Source: an uncultured delta proteobacterium
GTDB taxonomy: Bacteria; Myxococcota_A; Polyangia; Polyangiales; Polyangiaceae
Reading direction: 5' to 3'
DNA length: 64,000 nucleotides
Assembly: GCA_963696385.1 (NCBI GenBank)
Contig: CAVOKF010000006.1
Span: forward strand, 96,001 to 160,000
The notes under the pieces are model-generated. The model was not told the origin of the DNA. It made no database searches and saw only the letters and a program-made list of their open reading frames with translations. The first letter of the stretch is position 1. Every line of letters begins with the position of its first letter. A program made the position numbers and the translations under genes. Shown here one piece after another: positions 18,307-28,726 of this stretch.

Positions 18307-18411
18307 CGAGTAGTAAGCCCAAAGCACGTCGGTCGACGAAGAGCCGCGCAAGCCGCGGTGGAAACATATCGCGTCTTAGGGGCTTCCGTTGTCACCGAGC
18401 GGCGAAAGATT
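18307..18411 (+). repeat. oriIS-like repeat, copy 7 (IS110 inserted at inner end)
   Basis: CGAGTAGTAAGCCCAAAGCACG...GAGCGGCGAAAGATT abutting IS110 copy B. Confidence 0.92.
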
Positions 18412-18625
18412 AGATGAACCGGTGGCGGCGCGTCCTGGACCGCCCGGCACGCCGCCCGGCACGGGTGCCGCAGCCTCGAGATCGATCGCGGGGCGTCTCG
18501 AGAGCAGCCCCCGTGCCGGTCGTCGGTCATCGAAAATAGCGACCGACCTCCCGCTGGATTATCCATCCGACACCCCCGCGTGCTCAAAGGCACAAAGCGA
18601 AGTGGGGGCCGAAGGGAGATCGATC

Positions 18626-19777
18626 ATGCGGAGCATAGGATTGGATCTTGGAGCGCGCCACATTGCGTATTGCGAGATACGGAACGGAGAGGTCATCGAT
18701 CGGACCTCTGTGAAGAGGCTGGACCAACTCAAGTCGCGAATCGGCCCCGACTGTCCACCTGCGCGGATTGCGTTTGATGCGTCGCGTGAAGGATGGCACG
18801 TGCACGATACCCTCACGTCGTGGGGGCACGATGCGAAGATGATCGATACGACGCGGGTGCGTGCGATGGGCGTCGCGCATCACAAGCGCAAAAACGATGC
18901 TCTCGATGCTGAGGCGGCCGCACGTGCCGTAGACCAAGGACGGATCCCCGAGGCGCACATTCTGTCTCCCGCCCGCCGAGCCCTGCGCGCGCAGTTGAGC
19001 GTGCGCGGCGCGCTGGTCGAAACACGTGCGCAGTATGTGACGACGATACGCGGGCTCGGGCGCGCGGCAGGCGTGCTCCTTCCCACATGCACAACCGAGA
19101 ACTTTGTGAACAAGGTTCGCGAGAGCTCGCTCGACGACGCGACGAGCACGCTCATCGCGCCGCTCCTTGCCGTGCTCGTCGGAGTCGAAGAAGAGCTCAC
19201 CAAGGTCGAACGGACGCTTTCGGAAATGGCGATGCGTGAGCCCATCACGAAACTTCTCGCCACCGCTCCTGGCGTCGGCCTTATCGTGGCGTCCACCTTC
19301 GTTTCGGTGATCGACGAGGCGAAGCGCTTTCGCAATGCGCAGGCAGTCGGAGCGTACCTTGGTTTGGTGCCGTCGGAGTTGACGACAGGCGGACCTGAAA
19401 AGCGGCGCCTGGGCTCGATCACCAAGCAGGGCAACACGTATGCGAGAAAAATGCTCGTCCAAGCGGCGTGGCTCATCCTCAGGTCACGCGACATGGACGA
19501 CCCGATTCGCCAGTGGGGCGACCGCATCGCCAAGACGCGAGGCAAGAGAATCGCCGTCATCGCCATCGCACGAAAACTCGCCGGCGTCCTCTGGGCGATG
19601 TGGCGCGACGGCACCGCTTACGATCCGGTGGGACAGGCCAAGGCGAGCGCAAAGGGCACTCGCAGAGAGGCTCGTTCGAAAAACGCGAATGCGGAGGCGC
19701 TCGAACGCTCCGCCAAGAAACTCCAACGGCGGGCTCCTCGCCGCAACAAGATTTCGGAGGACGTCGCCATGACATGA
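18626..19777 (+). CDS. IS110-family DEDD recombinase (copy B)
   Basis: Translation identical to 9982-11133. Confidence 0.93.
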   Translation: MRSIGLDLGARHIAYCEIRNGEVIDRTSVKRLDQLKSRIGPDCPPARIAFDASREGWHVHDTLTSWGHDAKMIDTTRVRAMGVAHHKRKNDALDAEAAARAVDQGRIPEAHILSPARRALRAQLSVRGALVETRAQYVTTIRGLGRAAGVLLPTCTTENFVNKVRESSLDDATSTLIAPLLAVLVGVEEELTKVERTLSEMAMREPITKLLATAPGVGLIVASTFVSVIDEAKRFRNAQAVGAYLGLVPSELTTGGPEKRRLGSITKQGNTYARKMLVQAAWLILRSRDMDDPIRQWGDRIAKTRGKRIAVIAIARKLAGVLWAMWRDGTAYDPVGQAKASAKGTRREARSKNANAEALERSAKKLQRRAPRRNKISEDVAMT

Positions 19778-20167
19778 ATCGTCACGACTGTCTCCGATGC
19801 GCCTTGAGCGCGTAGCCTAAGAGCACCCCATCTGGAGGAACGTTGAACGCGACAAATTGGTAGAAGCTCTTGCGATCTCCGCTCCGGTGGAGACGTGACT
19901 GTACTTCGTGCGAAAAATTGCGTCTCGTTCCACCGCTTCGAATCCAAATCTACGTCTCGGGCCTTGGACGCGAACTTCGCTGCCCGATGAACGTGAAGAG
20001 TCAATCGAGAGGTAGCTCGCCAAGCCGCGCGTTCGGAGCGCTCCCCTTACTGTCACCGTGCTCCGGCGCCCTCAAGCGCCGAGAAGGGAAACGTCCATTG
20101 AATTCTAAGAACCCAGCTCACTCCGAAACGAAAAAAAGAAAACTCTCTGCGCGAAAACCCTTGCCCA
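19778..20167 (+). ncRNA. putative bridge/seek RNA region of IS110 copy B
   Basis: Same sequence as 11134-11523. Confidence 0.7.
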
Positions 20168-20190
20168 CGCCACCGGTTCAGAGTCCGATT

Positions 20191-20800
20191 TGGCCACCGC
20201 TTGGGGGGGCTCGCCCCAGGTCAAGTAGACGTCGACCTCGCGCGCCGCGACGTCGTGCCCCGCGTCCGACGAGCCTCCGATGTAGATCGGCGGGTGGGGG
20301 CGCTGCACCGGTGGATAGAGAATCTTGGCGCCGCGTACCGAAATATGTCGACCTTCGAAGTCAACGGTTTCGCCGCCCAGAACGCGTTTGAAAATCTGCA
20401 AGAACTCGGAGGTCGCCACGTAGCGCTCGTCGCGTCGCAAGTAGACGCCATCGCCCTCGGACTCGGCCGGATCGCCTCCGGTGACCACGTTGAGCAAGAC
20501 GCGCCCCCGGGAGATGCGGTCGAGTGATGCCGTCATGCGCGCGGCGAGGGTCGGTGAAAGGATCCCGGGGCGCAGAGCGACGAGAAAACGAAGCCGGTCG
20601 GTCACGGGCACCATGGCGGAGGCCACCACCCATGCGTCTTCGCAGGATCGTCCAGTGGGCAAAAGGACCCCGTAAAACCCTAACGCATCGACCGCCTGCG
20701 CGATCTGCCGCAGATACGGTAGGTCGACGGCCCGAGCGCCGTCGGCGCTTGCCAGAAAGTGACCGTCACCGTGGGTGGGAAGAAACCAAAAAATGTCCAT
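20191..20800 (-). pseudogene. ssuD: 3'-truncated FMNH2-dependent alkanesulfonate monooxygenase
   Basis: '[13 protein letters not shown]', '[13 protein letters not shown]', '[10 protein letters not shown]'; stops at the IS110 junction after ~200 aa (could be the msuD paralogue). Confidence 0.88.
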
Positions 20801-20817
20801 CACTCTCGTGGCCGCCC

Positions 20818-20833
20818 CGCAAGTCTCGCGCCC
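20818..20833 (-). promoter_or_regulatory. sigma54-type -24/-12 motif upstream of ssuD
   Basis: GGGCGCG-AGAC-TTGCG on minus strand (GG-N10-GC). Confidence 0.5.
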
Positions 20834-21052
20834 GCGGCGGCCACCCTCGAAAAGGGGGGGAAAGCGGATTCGGGGCTGCTGCCCACGCAGCAGGGCTCCA
20901 GCAACGGAGTTCGCTGCGCAACACGTGTCCGGGCGGGGGCGACGTCCGCCACGTGTCGCAGCGGACCGGACCTGTCGTGGTGGACAGGACCTTCGACATC
21001 CCCCCGAGGCTCCACAGCCAGGCTTGTCCGCAACCCGCGCGACCGCTCGCAC

Positions 21053-21068
21053 CGGCATGTGGCCTGCA
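21053..21068 (+). promoter_or_regulatory. sigma54-type -24/-12 motif
   Basis: CGGCATG-TGGC-CTGCA, just upstream of ATG 21080. Confidence 0.55.
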
Positions 21069-21079
21069 CGTGGTCCGGC

Positions 21080-22240
21080 ATGACCGACCTGCTCGCTATA
21101 GCCGACGGCCTGGCCCGGACCTTCGCGGCGACTGCGATCGAGCGCGACCGCACCGGAGGGACCCCGAAGCGCGAGCGCGATGCCCTGCGCGCAAGCGATC
21201 TCTTGACCATGACCATTCCCGTCCGCCTCGGCGGCAGCGGGGCGGACTGGGCGACGACACTGCGCGCGGTGCGGACAATCTCGCGCGCGGACGGATCGCT
21301 CGGACACGTTTTCGGCTTCCAGCACCTGTTGCTTGCCACCGTTCGCCTCTTCGGCACGCCCACCCAGTTCGATGCCCTGGCGCGCGACACGGTGAAACAG
21401 CGGTGGTTCTGGGGCAACGCCCTCAACCCGCTCGACACGCGAACCAGGCTCGTGCAGCGCGGAGACGAGTTCGCGATCTCGGGCACGAAGAGCTTTTGCT
21501 CCGGTGCAAGGGATGCGGACATGCTCGTCGTGTCGGCGACCGATGCCGTCAACGGTCAGCTCATCGTCGCGGTCGTGCCCGCTTCGCGCCCCGGAATCGC
21601 CGCTCACGGCGATTGGGACAACATGGGGCAACGACAGACCGATAGCGGCACAGTCGTCTTCGACAACGCCCGCGTGCTCGAGAGCGAGATCCTCGCGCAT
21701 CCGGGACCGCTCGGCAGCCCGTTCGCCTCGCTTCGGCCTCTCGTCGCCCAGCTCACACTCGTCAACGTCTATATCGGGCTGGCCGAGGGTGCCTTCGAGG
21801 CCGCCCGGACGCTCACTCGCGAGCGAGGCAAAGGTTGGTTTGCCAGTGGGGTCGAACGGATCGTCGACGATCCGTACGTCCTCGCCTCGTTCGGTGACCT
21901 GTACTGCGAGCTCGAGGGCGCACGGTTGCTCGCAGACGCGGCCGCGGCGAAGCTCGACGGGGCGTGGACCCGCGGGGACGAGCTCACGACCCACGGGCGC
22001 GGCGAAGTGGCGGTCGCCGTGGCCGCCGCCAAGGTGGCCGCGACGCGCGCGGGCTTGGAGGTGACCAGCCGGATCTTCGACGCGACCGGTGCGCGTGCGA
22101 CGACGGCGCGTCTCGGACTCAATCGCTTCTGGCGCAACCTGCGGACCCATACCCTGCATGACCCGGTCGACTACAAGCGCCGAGACTTGGGGCGCTGGCT
22201 TCTCACCGATGAGTGGCCGGCCCCCTCTTTCTACTCGTGA
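21080..22240 (+). CDS. acyl-CoA dehydrogenase-like flavin monooxygenase (DszC/MsuC/SfnB family)
   Basis: 'GTKSFCSG', '[15 protein letters not shown]', '[18 protein letters not shown]'. Confidence 0.88.
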   Translation: MTDLLAIADGLARTFAATAIERDRTGGTPKRERDALRASDLLTMTIPVRLGGSGADWATTLRAVRTISRADGSLGHVFGFQHLLLATVRLFGTPTQFDALARDTVKQRWFWGNALNPLDTRTRLVQRGDEFAISGTKSFCSGARDADMLVVSATDAVNGQLIVAVVPASRPGIAAHGDWDNMGQRQTDSGTVVFDNARVLESEILAHPGPLGSPFASLRPLVAQLTLVNVYIGLAEGAFEAARTLTRERGKGWFASGVERIVDDPYVLASFGDLYCELEGARLLADAAAAKLDGAWTRGDELTTHGRGEVAVAVAAAKVAATRAGLEVTSRIFDATGARATTARLGLNRFWRNLRTHTLHDPVDYKRRDLGRWLLTDEWPAPSFYS

Positions 22241-22360
22241 GGCGATGGGCTCGCACCCGCGTGTGCTGCTGTAGCAGCAGGAACCCCGCAGCCGGTGCAC
22301 CCCTCGGCGCAGACGACGCGACGTGGGGTCGAGTCGCCTTCTTTTTGCGGCGATTGGGGC

Positions 22361-22376
22361 CGGCACAAAGCCTGCT
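22361..22376 (+). promoter_or_regulatory. sigma54-type -24/-12 motif upstream of sfnG
   Basis: CGGCACA-AAGC-CTGCT. Confidence 0.6.
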
Positions 22377-22427
22377 ACTGAGGCAGGGCGAAGGCGAGTG
22401 AACCGGACCTATCCGAAGGAGCGCACG

Positions 22428-23537
22428 ATGAGTACCGAGACGAGCACACGCGTAAACGAACCCATCAAGTTCGCCTACTGGGTTCCCAACGTGAGCGGGG
22501 GCCTGGTGATTAGCACGATCGAGCAGCGGACCGACTGGAGCCTCGACTACAACGTGAAGCTCGCCCGGCTCGCCGAAAACAATGGGTTCGACTACGCGCT
22601 GAGCCAGGTCCGTTACATGGCAAGCTACGGGGCGGAGTTCCAGCACGAGTCGACGACCTTCAGCTTCGCACTGCTCCAGGCGACGCAGCGGCTCAAGGTC
22701 ATCGCGGCCATCCACCCGGGCCTCTGGCATCCGGCCGTGCTCGCCAAACTCGTTGCCACGCAGGACCAGCTGAGCGGGGGCCAATCGGCCGTGAACGTCG
22801 TCAGCGGGTGGTTCAAAGGTGAATTCACCGCGCTCGGAGAGCCTTGGCTCGAGCACGATGAACGCTACCGGCGGTCGGAGGAATTCATCCGCGTGCTCCG
22901 GGGCAGTTGGACCGAGGACCATTTTTCATTCTCCGGCGACTTCTATCGCATCCATGGGTACAACTTGAAGCCGAAGCCCATCCAGTCCCCACACCCGGAG
23001 ATCTTCCAGGGCGGCACCTCTCGAGCGGCGCGCGACATGGCCGCTCGGGTCTCCGATTGGTACTTTTGCAACGGCAACACGGTCGAAGCGATCCAGGCAC
23101 AGGTCGACGACATCCGACGCAAAGCCGTCGAGGTCGGTCGGCGTCCGCCGAAGATTGGGATGAACGCGTTCGTCATCGCCCGCGACACGGAAGCCGAAGC
23201 GAAGAAGGTCCTCGACGACATCGTCAAGCATGCCGACCGCGAAGCGGTCAACGCGTTCGGCGACGCCGTGAAGCAAGCGGGCAGGGCGTCTCCCGAGGGT
23301 CAGGGCAATTGGGCCAATTCGACGTTCGAAGATCTCGTGCAATACAATGACGGCTTTCGGCCGGGATTGGTCGGTACACCGGATCAAATTGCCGATCGGA
23401 TAGCCGAATACAAATCCGTCGGGGTCGATCTGGTGCTCGCGGGATTTCTTCATTACCTGGAAGACGTCGAATACTTCGGCAAACGAATCCTACCGTTGGT
23501 GCGCGCGGCCGAGTCCAAGAATCGCGTCGCTGCTTAA
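22428..23537 (+). CDS. sfnG: dimethylsulfone monooxygenase
   Basis: 'IKFAYWVPNVSGGLVISTIEQRTDW', 'YGAEFQHES', 'FEDLVQYNDGF'; AAGGAG RBS. Confidence 0.9.
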   Translation: MSTETSTRVNEPIKFAYWVPNVSGGLVISTIEQRTDWSLDYNVKLARLAENNGFDYALSQVRYMASYGAEFQHESTTFSFALLQATQRLKVIAAIHPGLWHPAVLAKLVATQDQLSGGQSAVNVVSGWFKGEFTALGEPWLEHDERYRRSEEFIRVLRGSWTEDHFSFSGDFYRIHGYNLKPKPIQSPHPEIFQGGTSRAARDMAARVSDWYFCNGNTVEAIQAQVDDIRRKAVEVGRRPPKIGMNAFVIARDTEAEAKKVLDDIVKHADREAVNAFGDAVKQAGRASPEGQGNWANSTFEDLVQYNDGFRPGLVGTPDQIADRIAEYKSVGVDLVLAGFLHYLEDVEYFGKRILPLVRAAESKNRVAA

Positions 23538-23558
23538 GGTCCGGACGGCTTTTTGTTC

Positions 23559-24326
23559 ATGACCACCGCGCTGCTCGACGTTCAGAACGTATCGCTCGCA
23601 TTCGACGGCATTCTCGCCCTGGACGACGTGAGTTTCCGTGTCGCCCGGGGCGAGGTCTGCGCGCTCATCGGCCCCAACGGGGCGGGCAAGAGTTCGATGC
23701 TCAATGTCGTGAGCGGGCTCTACACGGCCAATGCCGGGGACGTCCTCTTCGAAGGCGAGCGACTCACGGGCGTCGGGGAGCTCGCGCGGCGAGGCATCGC
23801 CCGAACCTTTCAGAACATCGCTCTCTTTCGAGGTATGACCGTCCTCGAGAACGTGGCGCTCGGAACCGACTTCCGCGGTCGGGCGAGCTTTTTCGAGCAG
23901 GCTCTGCGAATCGGGCGAGCGCCGCGCGAGGAGCGCCGGATGCGGGAGGAAGCGGCCGTGGTCATGGACTTGCTCGACATCGCGAGCCACCGCACCGACG
24001 TGGTCGGACGGCTTCCGTACGGCCTGCAAAAGCGCGTGGAGCTTGCGCGCGCCCTCGTGCCGCGACCCAAGATGCTCCTGTTGGACGAGCCGATGGCGGG
24101 AATGACCGTCCACGAAAAGCGGGACATGTGCGGCTACCTCCTAGGTGCCCACGAGAAGCTCGGAACGACGGTCGTGCTCATCGAACACGACCTCGGGGTC
24201 GTGATGGACCTGTCGGATCACGTCATCGTGCTCGACTACGGCAAAAAGCTCGCGGACGGCACGCCCGACCACGTTCGTGCCGATCCCGCCGTCATCGAAG
24301 CGTACGTCGGTTCGTTCGCAACCTGA
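23559..24326 (+). CDS. Liv-type ABC transporter ATP-binding protein (LivG-like)
   Basis: Walker A GPNGAGKS, 'GIARTFQN', 'LLLDEP'. Confidence 0.9.
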   Translation: MTTALLDVQNVSLAFDGILALDDVSFRVARGEVCALIGPNGAGKSSMLNVVSGLYTANAGDVLFEGERLTGVGELARRGIARTFQNIALFRGMTVLENVALGTDFRGRASFFEQALRIGRAPREERRMREEAAVVMDLLDIASHRTDVVGRLPYGLQKRVELARALVPRPKMLLLDEPMAGMTVHEKRDMCGYLLGAHEKLGTTVVLIEHDLGVVMDLSDHVIVLDYGKKLADGTPDHVRADPAVIEAYVGSFAT

Positions 24327-24336
24327 GGACCCGCGG

Positions 24337-25218
24337 ATGTCGTTTTTCATCGAAGTGCTCCTCGGCGGCCTGCTCTCGGGCGTGATGTACACCATGGTCG
24401 CGATCGGGTTCGTGCTCATCTACAAGGCGTCGGGCGTGTTCAACTTTGCGCAGGGCGCGATGGTGTTGTTCGCGGCATTGACATTCGTGTCGTTGACGGA
24501 GCGTGGCTTTGCCTTTCCCCTCGCATTCATCGCGACGCTGGCCGCCATGCTCCTGCTCGCTCTGGCGATCGAGCGTATCGTGCTCCGCCCGCTCGTGAAC
24601 GCGCCACCCCTGTCGCTCTTTCTGGCGACACTTGGGCTCGCGTACATCCTGGAAGGTCTTGCCCAGACCCTGTGGGGCACGCAAGTGCACGGTTTGGACA
24701 TCGGGGTGTCGGACGCGCCCATCTCCGCGGCCGGTGTATCGGTCAGCCGATTCGATCTGTTCGCGGCGGGCACAGCGGCGACTCTCGTGGCCACACTCGC
24801 ACTCTTTTTTCGCCTGACGCGTTCGGGCGTCGCCCTCCGCGCCGTGGCCGACGACCCTCTCGCCGCCATCGCGGTCGGAATCGACTTGCGACGCCTTCTC
24901 GCGCTCGTGTGGGGCGTCGCAGGAGTCGTAGCCCTCGTGGCCGGCCTGCTTTGGGGGGCGCGCGTGGGGGTGCAGTTCTCTCTGTCGCTCGTCGTCCTCA
25001 AAGCGTTGCCCGTCCTCATCATCGGAGGCTTCTCGTCGATTCCCGGGGCGATCGTCGGTGGCCTCATCGTGGGCGCCTCGGAGAAGCTGGCCGAAGTCTA
25101 CGCAGGCCCGTGGGTGAACGGCGGCATCGAAACCTGGTTTCCGTATTTCATTGCGCTCGCGTTTCTCCTCGTTCGTCCGGCGGGGCTTTTTGGCGAGCGA
25201 TCGGTGCAGCGAGTCTGA
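24337..25218 (+). CDS. Liv-type ABC permease (LivH-like)
   Basis: 'LIYKASGVFNFAQG', multiple TM segments, 'RPAGLFG'. Confidence 0.9.
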   Translation: MSFFIEVLLGGLLSGVMYTMVAIGFVLIYKASGVFNFAQGAMVLFAALTFVSLTERGFAFPLAFIATLAAMLLLALAIERIVLRPLVNAPPLSLFLATLGLAYILEGLAQTLWGTQVHGLDIGVSDAPISAAGVSVSRFDLFAAGTAATLVATLALFFRLTRSGVALRAVADDPLAAIAVGIDLRRLLALVWGVAGVVALVAGLLWGARVGVQFSLSLVVLKALPVLIIGGFSSIPGAIVGGLIVGASEKLAEVYAGPWVNGGIETWFPYFIALAFLLVRPAGLFGERSVQRV

Positions 25219-25220
25219 TC

Positions 25221-26312
25221 ATGCGGATCGAAGCGACCCCCTGGTCCGAACCGAACACGTCGACGCCTCCGCCGCGCACCAGCCTGTTCGCGAGAGCGTC
25301 CGGGCGCGCCGTCGTCCGGATTGCATTGGCGGCGGGGGGGACCGGCCTCCTGCTGGTGCTGCCACTTCTCGTCGACGACTACGTGCTGAGCGCCGTCCTC
25401 GTGCCGCTTCTCGCCCTGTCGCTCGCTGGCATCGGGCAAAACTTCGTGACCGGCTACGCCGGGCAGCTGTCGGTCGGGTCAGCCGCATTCATGTCCGTGG
25501 GCGCATTCGCGGCATACGACCTGCATCTGCACCTACACGGTACGCCTCTGCTCGTGTCTTTGGCGTTCGGCGGCGTCTCGGCAGCCGCTGCGGGTGCCTT
25601 GTTCGGCTTGCCGAGCCTGCGTATCCGGGGCTTTTACCTGGTCGCGTCCACGCTCGCGGCGCAGTTCTTCGTCGAATGGTTGTTCACGAAGGTCGGCTGG
25701 TTTTCGGGCAACAGCGCATCCGGCGTGATCACGGCCCCCCCGCTTTCCATCGCCACGGTCGACCTGTCGTCACCCGGGGGTCACTACTGGCTGTCGCTTC
25801 TCGTCGTCGCCCCGTTGACGGCTGCTGCCTACAACCTGGCTCGCGGGCGCATTGGACGTGCGTGGATGGCGGTACGCGACATGGAGACGGCCGCCGCCGT
25901 GGTCGGCGTCCGCACCGGTCAGGCCAAGCTGCTCGCCTTCGCCATCGGCTCGTTTTATTGCGGCGTGGCCGGGGGACTTTGGGCGTTTGCGTATCTCGGC
26001 ACGGTGGAGCCCCACGGCTTCGACCTCGATCGTTCGTTTCAAATTCTATTCATCGTGATTGTGGGGGGTCTCGGCAGTATCGCGGGCAGCTTTCTGGGGG
26101 CCGCGTTCATCGTGTTGTTTCCGATCTTCTTGGACCAACTGGCAACGTTCGTAATGGGCGGGTCGGTCGATCCGGGCGTATTGCAAAATATCGACAAAAT
26201 CATCTTCGGTGGGCTCGTGATTGCTCTTTTGGCAAAACAGCCCGCCGGCCTCGCCCGCCTGATCGAGATCGCGTGGCTGCGCGCTCGTCGCTGGACGCTG
26301 CGATCCGCCTGA
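25221..26312 (+). CDS. Liv-type ABC permease (LivM-like)
   Basis: 'GYAGQLSVG', 'LRIRGFYL', 'GRAWMAVRD', 'IVGGLGS'. Confidence 0.9.
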   Translation: MRIEATPWSEPNTSTPPPRTSLFARASGRAVVRIALAAGGTGLLLVLPLLVDDYVLSAVLVPLLALSLAGIGQNFVTGYAGQLSVGSAAFMSVGAFAAYDLHLHLHGTPLLVSLAFGGVSAAAAGALFGLPSLRIRGFYLVASTLAAQFFVEWLFTKVGWFSGNSASGVITAPPLSIATVDLSSPGGHYWLSLLVVAPLTAAAYNLARGRIGRAWMAVRDMETAAAVVGVRTGQAKLLAFAIGSFYCGVAGGLWAFAYLGTVEPHGFDLDRSFQILFIVIVGGLGSIAGSFLGAAFIVLFPIFLDQLATFVMGGSVDPGVLQNIDKIIFGGLVIALLAKQPAGLARLIEIAWLRARRWTLRSA

Positions 26313-26396
26313 CGTCATCCTAAAACAATAGACCCTCAAAGTCCTCGTGACGAAAACCGTGATAGCGCGCCGCAAGGCGCGTTCGGAGGTCCATCC

Positions 26397-27803
26397 ATGC
26401 TTCGTACCCGCGCACCTGGTTTTGTCCCTTTCCTCGCGGCGGCACTGCTGACCACAGCATGCCGGTCGCGCTCGGAGAACGCGTCGGCTGCCGTCCTCGC
26501 GAGCCCGGCGCCGGGCACCGTGAGCCCCGGGAAGGAGTCAGCGGGCAAAGAGCAATATTTTCCGCTTCAGAGCTATCGCGTCGGGCCGTATGCCGCCGGT
26601 GGAAGTGGATTCTTCGGCGGCTTCATCGACTACATGCAGCTCGTCAACATTCGCGACGGAGGCGTCAATGGCATCAAGCTGACCTGGTCGGAATGCGAGA
26701 CCGAATACGTGGTCGAGCGCGGGGTCGAGTGCTACGAGCGACTGAAGGGCGGTCTCAACGGAGCGCCCGCCGCGGCGATGAATCCACTCAGTGTAGGGAT
26801 CGCGTACGCGCTCATCGACAAGGCCACGACGGACAAGATTCCCCTGATCACGATCAATCACGGAAGAACGGATTCGACCGACGGACGAGTCTTTCCCTAC
26901 GTGTTTCCCTTGTCGCTCAACCCCTACAGCGAAATCTCGGCGATCGTCAACTACATCGGTCAACGTTCGGGCGGCCTCGACCACCTGCGGGGCAAGAAGA
27001 TCGCGGTTCTCTATCACGGCTCCCCTTATGGCAAGGAGACCCAGCCGATCGTCGAACTCCTCGCGCAGAAATACGGATTCGCGTCCACTCACCTCGAGGT
27101 GCCCCACCCTGGCACCGAGCAAGAGTCGCAGTGGCTGCAGATCAAGAAGCTCGCCCCTGACTGGATCATCTTGCGCGGGTGGGGAATCATGAACCCCGTC
27201 GCGCTCAAGAACGCCGCCAAGATCGGATATCCGGTCGACCATATCATCGGCAACATCTGGAGCAACTCCGAGGAAGACGTCATTCCGGCCGGCGCAGCCG
27301 CAACGGGGTTCATCGCCATTACGACGCATCCCTCGGGACGCCAGTTTCCCGTCCTCCAGGACGTGGACAAGTACGTCCTTTCGGCGGGCAAAGGGAATAT
27401 GACCGACCCGAAGCGGGTGGGCACCGGGTATTATAATCTGGGGATCAACAACGGCATCTTGAACGTCGAAGCCGTGCGCGTGGCTCAAGCGAAGTTCGGC
27501 AACAAGCCTCTGACCGGAGAGCAGGTTCGGTGGGGGTTCGAGCACATTCACATCGACGACGCGCGTCTCAAGGAATTGGGTGCCGTGGGGCTGCTCCAGC
27601 CGATCGAACTGTCGTGCTCCGATCACGAAGGCGGGGGGGCGGTACGGTTCGAGCAATGGGATGGCAAGGAGTTCAAGGTCATCAGCGATTGGATCAAAGC
27701 CGATCGCGCTCTGTTGCGTCCGATCATCGAAGCCTCGTCCACCAAATACGCCACTGAAAAGGGTATTGCGGTTCGCGACTGCGATGCCGAAGCTCGACTC
27801 TGA
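26397..27803 (+). CDS. Liv-type ABC substrate-binding lipoprotein
   Basis: Lipobox-like 'LTTAC', 'YRVGPYA', 'DGGVNGIKL..ECETEY'. Confidence 0.88.
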   Translation: MLRTRAPGFVPFLAAALLTTACRSRSENASAAVLASPAPGTVSPGKESAGKEQYFPLQSYRVGPYAAGGSGFFGGFIDYMQLVNIRDGGVNGIKLTWSECETEYVVERGVECYERLKGGLNGAPAAAMNPLSVGIAYALIDKATTDKIPLITINHGRTDSTDGRVFPYVFPLSLNPYSEISAIVNYIGQRSGGLDHLRGKKIAVLYHGSPYGKETQPIVELLAQKYGFASTHLEVPHPGTEQESQWLQIKKLAPDWIILRGWGIMNPVALKNAAKIGYPVDHIIGNIWSNSEEDVIPAGAAATGFIAITTHPSGRQFPVLQDVDKYVLSAGKGNMTDPKRVGTGYYNLGINNGILNVEAVRVAQAKFGNKPLTGEQVRWGFEHIHIDDARLKELGAVGLLQPIELSCSDHEGGGAVRFEQWDGKEFKVISDWIKADRALLRPIIEASSTKYATEKGIAVRDCDAEARL

Positions 27804-27871
27804 GACGGAGCTCCGGAGACGAAGCGGAACCGAGGGCCGTCCGCCCTCCACCCATAAAGAGGGTAAGGCCC

Positions 27872-28681
27872 ATGGTCGCAGAGGATCCGTTGCTCGCACT
27901 CAACGCGGTCGAAGTCGTGTACGACGAGATTGTCGTCGCTCTTCGCGGCGTTTCTCTCGAGGTTCCCGAGCACGGCATCGTGGCTTTGCTCGGGGCGAAC
28001 GGTGCCGGCAAGAGCACGACGCTCAAGGCTGCGTCGGGGTTGCTGACGGCCGAGCGGGGACGCGTCCGGGCGGGGTCCATTTCGTTTTTGGGCCGACCGA
28101 TCGCGGCGCGCAGCCCCGTACAACTCGTGCGTGAGGGCCTCGTGCAGGTGTTGGAAGGAAGGCACTGCTTTCCGCATCTGACCGTCGACGAAAACCTGGC
28201 CACCGGCACGTATGCGCGCCGTCCGTCGCGCGCAGCGTTGCGCCAGTCGCTCGACCGGGTCTACGCGCGCTTCCCACGACTCCGAGAGCGGAGAACGAGC
28301 GCGGCTGGCCATCTCTCCGGGGGCGAGCAGCAGATGCTGGCCATCGGTCGGGCACTCGTGGCCGAGCCCCGCCTCGTGCTGCTCGACGAACCCTCGATGG
28401 GCCTTGCGCCCAAGGTAGTGGAGGAAATTTTCGTTCTCGTGCGGCAGCTGCATGAACAGGATGGGGTGGCCTTCCTGCTTGCGGAGCAAAACGCCGCGGC
28501 GGCGCTCGCCGTCGCCGACACCGCGTACGTTCTCGAGACCGGCCGCGTCGTCACCGGGGGCACCGTCGCGGAGATTCGGGCACGGGACGACGTCCGGGAC
28601 CTGTACCTGGGGGGCAGCAGCGGACAGCGAGCCAGCTTCCGCCCGAGAGTCGAGGGGTCTGCACTGCAGTCCCCGCATTGA
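27872..28681 (+). CDS. Liv-type ABC ATP-binding protein (LivF-like)
   Basis: GANGAGKS, LSGGEQQM, LDEPSMGL. Confidence 0.9.
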   Translation: MVAEDPLLALNAVEVVYDEIVVALRGVSLEVPEHGIVALLGANGAGKSTTLKAASGLLTAERGRVRAGSISFLGRPIAARSPVQLVREGLVQVLEGRHCFPHLTVDENLATGTYARRPSRAALRQSLDRVYARFPRLRERRTSAAGHLSGGEQQMLAIGRALVAEPRLVLLDEPSMGLAPKVVEEIFVLVRQLHEQDGVAFLLAEQNAAAALAVADTAYVLETGRVVTGGTVAEIRARDDVRDLYLGGSSGQRASFRPRVEGSALQSPH

Positions 28682-28726
28682 GCCGGGCCCCGCATCGTAG
28701 CGGGGATCCGGCAAGGAGAGGAATCG

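Larger units (their letters stand above)
18408..20190 (+). mobile_element. IS110-family element, copy B
   Basis: Same sequence as copy A at an offset of 8644; same junction GCGAAA-GATT-AGA...GAGTCC-GATT-TGG. Confidence 0.92.

Noticed and set aside
20105..22366. 753-aa minus-strand ORF and similar long ORFs (43660-46656, 47618-49087, 48643-50583, 27623-29284)
   Set aside because: Shadow or run-on frames of real genes in high-GC DNA; only the recognisable portions were annotated
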